Source of the DNA: an uncultured Eubacteriales bacterium
GTDB taxonomy: Bacteria; Bacillota; Clostridia; Oscillospirales; CAG-272
Assembly: GCA_934402395.1 (NCBI GenBank)
Contig: CAKRTQ010000004.1
Location: forward strand, 65,946 to 129,945
Length of the DNA: 64,000 nt
Reading direction: 5' to 3'
The notes beneath the pieces were generated by a model. That model worked only from the letters and a program-made list of their open reading frames with translations. It was not told where the DNA came from and searched no databases. Both the position numbers and the translations under genes were made by a program. Each line of letters begins with the position of its first letter. Within the stretch, counting starts at the first letter, position 1. Below, in pieces: positions 58,290 through 64,000 of the stretch.

Positions 58290-58314
58290 CTTGACGCCGT
58301 TTATACGGTATAAT
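58286..58314 (+). promoter_or_regulatory. sigma-A type promoter of TIM-barrel isomerase-like gene
   Basis: TTGACT - 17 nt - TATAAT, overlapping the upstream stop codon. Confidence 0.55.
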
Positions 58315-58351
58315 TAATATACAATAATACACTTTGAAAGGAATCTGAGAT

Positions 58352-59182
58352 ATGATAAAACTAGGAGTCATTACATCTTTAAATAACGATGTGGAGGAAA
58401 ACATCCGCCGCGTGGCTGAGATGGGCCTTCCGACCTGCCAGCTCAAGTGCTGGAACAGTGCCTTTCTTACCCCCGAAATGGCTGATCGCGCAACTGCCGC
58501 CTGCCGCGAGTACGGTGTTGAAGTGAGCGCGTTCTGGTGCGGATGGGACGGAATGTCCTATTGGAATTTCTATGAGGGACCGCTTACCCTCGGGCTTGTT
58601 CCGCGCGAATACCGCGCCGAGAGAATGAGAATGCTTCTCAAGGGTGCCGAGATCGCCCGCCGCATGGGTGTGGAGGATGTTGTGACGCATGTCGGCTTCC
58701 TTCCCGAAAACCCCGCTACGACAGAGTATAACGAGGTCGTTGCCGCGCTGCGCTACATAGGAAAGAGCCTTTTGCCGCACGGTCAGTATTTCCTGTTCGA
58801 GACCGGTCAGGAAACGCCTACGACACTGCGCCGCACGATCGAGGATGTCGGCACCGGCAACCTCGGCATAAACCTTGACCCCGCCAATCTGCTTATGTAC
58901 GGCAAGGGCAATCCCGTTGACGCACTCGGCATTTTCGGCGAATATGTCCGCGGTGTTCACGGCAAGGATGGCGAATATCCCACCGATGGCAGACACCTCG
59001 GACACGAGAGACCGATGGGAGAGGGACTTGTGGATTACCCCCGCTTTATTGCCAAGCTGAAATCCATAGGCTATGACCGCACTATAACCATAGAGCGCGA
59101 GATAAAGGGCGATCAGCAAAAAGCCGATATCATTGCAGCCAAGGCACTGCTTGAAGAGCTTATTGCCAAAGACGCCGAGTAA
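58352..59182 (+). CDS. sugar phosphate isomerase/epimerase (xylose isomerase-like TIM barrel)
   Basis: It has the typical AP_endonuc_2-fold spacing of metal ligands (VTHVGF, LFETGQE, NLDPANL, IEREI). It is 276 aa. Confidence 0.7.
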   Translation: MIKLGVITSLNNDVEENIRRVAEMGLPTCQLKCWNSAFLTPEMADRATAACREYGVEVSAFWCGWDGMSYWNFYEGPLTLGLVPREYRAERMRMLLKGAEIARRMGVEDVVTHVGFLPENPATTEYNEVVAALRYIGKSLLPHGQYFLFETGQETPTTLRRTIEDVGTGNLGINLDPANLLMYGKGNPVDALGIFGEYVRGVHGKDGEYPTDGRHLGHERPMGEGLVDYPRFIAKLKSIGYDRTITIEREIKGDQQKADIIAAKALLEELIAKDAE

Positions 59183-59382
59183 GGCGCAATAAAAGGACAT
59201 GAAAGAGAGGACCGACATCTTTCCGTCGGGCTGGATCGGATCTATTATCGGGCCCCTCTTTCGGCTGTCCGCATTAAGGCTCCGGCGGTGCGCGCGGTGC
59301 GCACTGCCGAGGATCTTATTTGAGTTTTTTTCGCCCGTATAATGTGGGCATTTATACTTCTGAATCATCGGATGGGCATAAA

Positions 59383-60846
59383 ATGCAATTTACCTCACCG
59401 CTTTTTATATTCATATTTTTGCCGCTGATGGTTGCGGCACTGGTCTTTGTGCCGTCAAAGCACCGTAAGTGGACCATAATAGTATCCGGCGTGATATTTT
59501 ATATTCTCGCCAATCTGAAAACTCCGGTCAGCATTCTTTTTTTTGCAGTAAGCGTTGCCTTTGCGTATTGCGCGGCTCATGCCGTGTACGTCAAACGTAA
59601 AAAAAGAAAAACAGTGCTGGTCCTTTCGGTGTCGGTGTGCGTTGCGATGCTTGTCATCATCCGCATTCTGGGTGTGCGGCTTGAAGCGTACGATATTACG
59701 TTTCTTCCGTTCGGAATGTCGATATATCTTCTTGCCGCCGTTTCGATGCTGATAGATATTTCGCGCGGCGATGCCGAGCCGCCGGCTTCATTTGCCGACG
59801 CGTTGTTTTATGTCGGCTTTTTCCCCGTGTTTGTGGCGGGACCGATAATCAAATACAAGGATTTTATCCGCAAGACGTCGGATGCCGAGCTTGATATCTC
59901 GCTTACTGCCATTGGCAACGGCTTGGTGCTGTTTGCACGCGGCTTTATCAAGCGCATAGGAGTTTCCGCTATACTTGCCGGTGCGTATGACGAGATAACC
60001 GCAGTTGTGGCGGAGGAGGCGCGTCTGCAGCTCGGCGTGGGTATGTTTCTTGTGCTTCTTATGCTCACAAATGTTTATTTTGCCTTTTCGGGATACTCGG
60101 ATATGGGCAGGGGACTGGCACTCATGCTGGGCGTTAAGCTTGATAACGACTTCAATTACCCGTTTGCGGCGTGTACGCCGTTTGAGTACCTCGGCAGATT
60201 TTTCATAAGCCTTGGTTCCTTTCTTGAGGATTATGTCGCCGCACCGTTTGAGCGTCTTGTATGCGGCAGAGAGGTTGATTCCGGAACGGTAAACGGAAAG
60301 CGCAAGGCGGCGGCGTTCTTTGCCGGTATCATTGTCGCCGTGCTCACGGTTCTGTGGTTCAAGGCGTCAATGCCGATGCTCCTTGCATTCCTGCCGCTCA
60401 TTCTGCTTGCAGCGGGTGAACGATCGATGCGTCTTTACACGCGTCGCGGAGCGCACGTGCGGCGCAATCTTGCGATGCGTACGGCGGGAAGGATAGTGAC
60501 GCTTGTGCTCGTATCTCTTTTCTGGACCCAGCTTAAGCTAAGGTCGGTGAGCCAGATGATGTGGTATTTCGGAATACTGACTGCTGTCGGCAGATATCAG
60601 TCGTACAGACTCTACATGACGATATACAACCGAGAATATCTGTGGGCGCTGTTCGTTGCGGCGTGGTTTCTCATGCCGGCATTGCTCGGTTGGCTCGGCA
60701 TTGATCTGTCGCGCGGAAAGACCGGTGCCGTGCTGCGCGCGGTATATTGCGTCGGGATATTGGTGTTCTTCGTATTCAGCGTATTTGTTATAATGCCGCA
60801 GTACCCCGAATATGCATTGTCGCCGTTCAGGTACATAACGTTTTGA
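59383..60846 (+). CDS. MBOAT-family (AlgI/DltB/PatA-like) membrane protein with substituted catalytic His positions
   Basis: The MBOAT blocks FLPFGMSIYLLAAVSMLIDISRGD, FFPVFVAGPII and NDFNYPFAACTPFEYLGRFFISLGSFLEDYV are present. The ATG at 59383 was chosen because a TATAAT box (59338-59343) lies inside the longer ORF-track version. Confidence 0.8.
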   Translation: MQFTSPLFIFIFLPLMVAALVFVPSKHRKWTIIVSGVIFYILANLKTPVSILFFAVSVAFAYCAAHAVYVKRKKRKTVLVLSVSVCVAMLVIIRILGVRLEAYDITFLPFGMSIYLLAAVSMLIDISRGDAEPPASFADALFYVGFFPVFVAGPIIKYKDFIRKTSDAELDISLTAIGNGLVLFARGFIKRIGVSAILAGAYDEITAVVAEEARLQLGVGMFLVLLMLTNVYFAFSGYSDMGRGLALMLGVKLDNDFNYPFAACTPFEYLGRFFISLGSFLEDYVAAPFERLVCGREVDSGTVNGKRKAAAFFAGIIVAVLTVLWFKASMPMLLAFLPLILLAAGERSMRLYTRRGAHVRRNLAMRTAGRIVTLVLVSLFWTQLKLRSVSQMMWYFGILTAVGRYQSYRLYMTIYNREYLWALFVAAWFLMPALLGWLGIDLSRGKTGAVLRAVYCVGILVFFVFSVFVIMPQYPEYALSPFRYITF

Positions 60847-60864
60847 TGGGAGGCGGATGAAAGT

Positions 60865-62052
60865 ATGAAACAGAAAATCGCTGTTGACAATACCGAAAAA
60901 TGCATGGTATCAAACGGATCGGCACTTGTTTTTATTGTAATGTTTGTCGGGATACTGCTGCTTGGCTCGGTTTACTACGGAATTTCGTCTCTTATGGATT
61001 ACGCCGAGCTTTGCGATGGATATTATGACGGCGAACAGTATGATTTTGGCGATATTTATAAGCTTGACGATGTGTTTTACCGCAATGCATCGACGCGCGG
61101 GTATATTGCGAAATATGAGTATCTTCTGTTTGAACGGATCGATGATGAAGAAATTATCGCAGGGCGCGACAGATTTCTTTTTGGCGTCCACGATGAAAAG
61201 TACGGCTATGATTACGTGCGCGACTATATCGGCGAGCTTGCCGATGAAAACGAGACAGCGGCGCTTGCCGGAGCCATAAAGCAGCGTGCCGATGCTTTTG
61301 CCGCTGTCGGGGCGGAGTATATGCTTGCCGTCATACCGAACTCGCAGGTGATATACAACGATAAAATGCCGGGGTATTTCGGCAGCATCAGCGAACGTAC
61401 CCGCCTTGCAGAGCTTTCCGCATATATGAAAAAAGATGGAGCGGATTATTATCTTGACCTTACCGACGCGCTCGGCAAGGCGCGCACCGAGGGCAGACTC
61501 TACAATAATACCGAAAATTCTCTCAATGCGCTTGGCGCGTACTATGTATACCGTGCCGTGTTCGATGCGCTGCCCTCTGATGTAAAGGATGGTCACAACG
61601 CGGTGGCGGGCGGATTGCTCAGATTTTACACAAACTACACCGACGGCAGATCGCTGGCGCGCCGCGCGGGACTTGAAAAGCTGATACGCAACAAAATGAT
61701 ATCTCTGCCGAGCGATGCGGTAAAAATGTATTCGTCATTCGGGTATTTCGGAGATATCGACGTGACCTGCTCCAAAAAAGAATACCGCAACGAGATACCG
61801 GCGCACCCGTCGGTTCTTGTGGAGTTCAATGACGGCGGAGAATGGGACAAGGTCATCATGTGCGAGTATTTTTCCAACACATTCGGCAACATAGGCTACC
61901 GCATAGGACAGACCTATTCGCAGACGAATGCCGAACAGTTCAGGCCGCGCATTGTGATACAGTTCATGCATGAGAACGAGCTTTCTGCGTTGCTTGATCC
62001 CGATGTTGCGGCATCGTATATGGGAGCAAAAGCACCGGAAGTACCGGAATAA
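60865..62052 (+). CDS. AlgJ/AlgX-N/DHHW-like membrane-anchored protein (divergent active-site motifs)
   Basis: It has an N-terminal signal anchor (ALVFIVMFVGILLLGSVYY). The blocks YMLAVIPNSQVIYNDKMP and LYNNTENSLNALGAYYVY align by eye to AlgJ/DHHW partner proteins of MBOATs. It lies immediately downstream of the MBOAT gene. Confidence 0.55.
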   Translation: MKQKIAVDNTEKCMVSNGSALVFIVMFVGILLLGSVYYGISSLMDYAELCDGYYDGEQYDFGDIYKLDDVFYRNASTRGYIAKYEYLLFERIDDEEIIAGRDRFLFGVHDEKYGYDYVRDYIGELADENETAALAGAIKQRADAFAAVGAEYMLAVIPNSQVIYNDKMPGYFGSISERTRLAELSAYMKKDGADYYLDLTDALGKARTEGRLYNNTENSLNALGAYYVYRAVFDALPSDVKDGHNAVAGGLLRFYTNYTDGRSLARRAGLEKLIRNKMISLPSDAVKMYSSFGYFGDIDVTCSKKEYRNEIPAHPSVLVEFNDGGEWDKVIMCEYFSNTFGNIGYRIGQTYSQTNAEQFRPRIVIQFMHENELSALLDPDVAASYMGAKAPEVPE

Positions 62053-62068
62053 AAAAGAAAATAACCGG

Positions 62069-62100
62069 ACCGGGGGATTGATTTTTCCCCCGGTTTGTGT
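62069..62100 (+). terminator. intrinsic terminator after the MBOAT operon
   Basis: ACCGGGGG - 10 nt - CCCCCGGT forms the stem, followed by TTGTGTT. Confidence 0.6.
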
Positions 62101-62106
62101 TATAAT
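62078..62106 (+). promoter_or_regulatory. sigma-A type promoter of marR-ABC exporter operon (overlaps terminator)
   Basis: TTGATT - 17 nt - TATAAT with TGt (extended -10). The -35 box and spacer lie inside the terminator hairpin. Confidence 0.55.
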
Positions 62107-62117
62107 ATCAATAGAAG

Positions 62118-62131
62118 GTTGCAAACGCAAC
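62118..62131 (+). promoter_or_regulatory. candidate MarR operator palindrome
   Basis: GTTGCaaacGCAAC is an inverted repeat located 12 nt downstream of the -10 box. Confidence 0.35.
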
Positions 62132-62165
62132 GATTTGTATCTCTCAAAAAGAAAGGCGTGATAAA

Positions 62166-62618
62166 ATGCCGTCACTTATGCGTTACATCAATGTCATCAG
62201 TCGATGCGGAGCCGCATGGCGCGGGGACAAGCTGCGCGACACCGATATCGGTGCGCCTCACACAAGCTACATCCTTACCGTTTGCCGGCATCCGGGAATT
62301 TCTCAGGAGCGGCTCGCAAAGAGGATATATATCAACAAGAGCAATGTCACAAGAAAGCTGGCATACCTTGAGGCGCACGGATATGTGGAACGCCGTCAGA
62401 GCGAGGCTGATCGCCGTATCGTGGAGGTATACCCAACGCAGAAGGCGTTGGACATACTCCCCGAGGTGCAGAGCATAATGAGCGAATGGAACGGATATCT
62501 TACCGAGGACTTTACCGAGGAGGAGATGGAGATGTTCATGTCAATGCTATCGCGCATTGCCGCACGCGCCGCCGATTACGGAAAGCTTTCCTTTGAATCG
62601 GAGGACGATCCGCAATGA
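62166..62618 (+). CDS. MarR family transcriptional regulator
   Basis: The winged-HTH block is GISQERLAKRIYINKSNVTRKLAYLEAHGYVERRQSEADRR. It is 150 aa. Confidence 0.85.
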   Translation: MPSLMRYINVISRCGAAWRGDKLRDTDIGAPHTSYILTVCRHPGISQERLAKRIYINKSNVTRKLAYLEAHGYVERRQSEADRRIVEVYPTQKALDILPEVQSIMSEWNGYLTEDFTEEEMEMFMSMLSRIAARAADYGKLSFESEDDPQ

Positions 62619-64000
62619 GGACGATACTGCGATATCTCAAGCCCCATCGCCGATTTATGTGTTTTTCACTCACGATAAAGGTGCTCGGCACCATGGTGGA
62701 GCTTGCACTGCCGTATATACTCAGCCATATAATCAAAAACGTCATACGCCCGCTCGGAGCGGAGGTGTCTCCCGATCTTGCGGGTGGCAGCCGGAGAATA
62801 GTCATGTGGGCGCTCATAATGATTGTATGCGCGTTTCTGGGCGTACTGGGCAATGTTACGGCAAACCGTATGGCTGCGCGCACAGCAATGGAGGTTGCGC
62901 GCGCGGTAAGGCATGATCTTTTTGCGCGCACCATGAGTCTTTCGCCCGCTCAGACCGATGCGTTTACCGTTGAAAGCCTTGAAAGCCGCCTTACCGGCGA
63001 TACATACAATATTCACAACTTTATCAATTCGATGCAGCGTATGGGCGTCAGAGCCCCGATACTGCTTATAGGCGGACTGGCAATAACGGCAACGCTCGAT
63101 CCGGTCCTTACGCTTGTCATGGTGGCGGTGCTTCCGTTCATTTTCTTTGCTGTTTACGGCATTACGAGCCGGGGACTGCCTCTTTATACCAAGGTGCGCG
63201 ATGCGGTGGATTCGGTGACGCGCGTTGTGCGCGAGGATGCGCAGGGCATCAGAGTTATAAAGGCACTTTCAAAAACCGATTACGAGCGCCGCCGCTTTGA
63301 CCGCGAAAATGCGGGCTTGGCTTCGATCGAGCGCAAAACGAACGCCACAATGTCGGTAGCCAATCCCTTCATGAATTATTTTATGAACCTCGGCATTACT
63401 GCTGTGGTTGTTGTAGGTGCGTTCCGTGTGAACGCAGACGCTTCCGACCCCGGCAAAATAATCGCATTCATTCAGTACTTTACGCTCATATCAATGGCTA
63501 TGATGTCGGTGTCGCGGATATTTCTGATCATTTCAAAGGCGAGCGCATCGGCAAACCGCATTGAGGAGGTTCTGCTCACTCCGCCCGATCTGACCGTTGC
63601 CGACAGCGCGGAATATCCTCCGCACCGTGACGAGAAAGATATGGGGATCGTTTTTGACGGAGTAAGCTTTGCCTACAACGGTAAAAAGGAAGTCTTGCAC
63701 GATGATATAAGCTTTGCATTGCCAAAGGGCGGAACGCTTGGAATAATCGGTGCCACGGGAAGCGGAAAAACAACTCTTCTTTCATTGCTTATGCGCTTTT
63801 ATGACGTTACTGAGGGCGCAGTGCGGATAGGCGGCAGAGATGTCAGAACTATCCCCGAGCACGAGCTGCACTCAATGTTCGGCGTGGCTATGCAGAATGA
63901 TTTCATTTGTGCCGACACGGTCGAGGAAAACATAAATTTCGGCAGAGGGCTCAGCCACTATGATGTGGTGAGAGCTGCCAAAACGGCGCAGGCGGACGAT
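62615..64000 (+). CDS. ABC transporter permease/ATP-binding fusion (multidrug-exporter type), 3' end outside window
   Basis: It is absent from the ORF track because no stop is reached. The ATG overlaps the marR stop (ATGA). The frame is open to the window end, with a TMD (MRTILRYLKPHRRF...) followed by an NBD with Walker A GATGSGKTT (about 63750). Confidence 0.85.
   Translation, partial: MRTILRYLKPHRRFMCFSLTIKVLGTMVELALPYILSHIIKNVIRPLGAEVSPDLAGGSRRIVMWALIMIVCAFLGVLGNVTANRMAARTAMEVARAVRHDLFARTMSLSPAQTDAFTVESLESRLTGDTYNIHNFINSMQRMGVRAPILLIGGLAITATLDPVLTLVMVAVLPFIFFAVYGITSRGLPLYTKVRDAVDSVTRVVREDAQGIRVIKALSKTDYERRRFDRENAGLASIERKTNATMSVANPFMNYFMNLGITAVVVVGAFRVNADASDPGKIIAFIQYFTLISMAMMSVSRIFLIISKASASANRIEEVLLTPPDLTVADSAEYPPHRDEKDMGIVFDGVSFAYNGKKEVLHDDISFALPKGGTLGIIGATGSGKTTLLSLLMRFYDVTEGAVRIGGRDVRTIPEHELHSMFGVAMQNDFICADTVEENINFGRGLSHYDVVRAAKTAQADD

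Noticed and set aside
59199-59342. 47-codon ORF (MKERTDIFPSGWIG...) between the TIM-barrel gene and the MBOAT gene
   Set aside because: The SD (AAAAGGA) lies only 1-2 nt from the ATG. The region is better explained by two GC-rich hairpins (about 59204-59262 and 59283-59309) and the MBOAT promoter.

Overview
This 64-kb window is mostly plus-strand housekeeping DNA from a moderately GC-rich, endospore-forming Firmicute. I infer a Clostridia-like origin from SpoIVA and from the synteny blocks glgBCDAP, dprA-topA-trmFO, plsX-rnc-(MBL)-(radical SAM)-smc-ftsY, and yhbY-nadD-yqeK-rsfS-leuS. No searches were run, so every family call rests on motifs read by eye.

Content from left to right:
- An AT-rich, 5'-truncated nuclease-like ORF at the window edge.
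- A GNAT gene and a MazG-like gene.
- A minus-strand tRNA-Gly/Arg/His operon with divergent promoters.
- yqeG, an endonuclease IV-like gene and an M24 aminopeptidase.
- A minus-strand operon of ABC ATPase, ABC-2 permease, GldG-like protein and DUF4340 protein.
- A roughly 14-kb head-to-tail array: glgB-glgC-glgD-glgA-glgP, a GH13 gene, a small coupled ORF, proB-proA-proC and a GNAT.
- upp, a pseudouridine synthase, an Lnt-like N-acyltransferase, spoIVA and hpf.
- An unusually long (about 0.9 kb) non-coding spacer.
- infC (non-canonical ATA start)-rpmI-rplT with an L20-type leader.
- A run of core genes from trmH-family through leuS, then a MATE exporter and rpsT.
- A DUF3343 plus cysteine desulfurase-like pair, eno (minus strand), a Cof hydrolase and a sugar-phosphate isomerase-like TIM barrel.
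- An MBOAT plus AlgJ/DHHW-like pair.
- A MarR regulator and a partial ABC exporter.

I saw no CRISPR array, transposase, integrase, rRNA or recognisable defence cassette.

The items most worth a second look:
- The MBOAT/AlgJ-like pair, in which the expected catalytic residues appear substituted in both proteins.
- The AT-rich nuclease-like edge gene.
- An orphan promoter with about 260 nt of untranslated sequence in the hpf-infC spacer.
- The uncharacterised ABC/GldG/DUF4340 operon.
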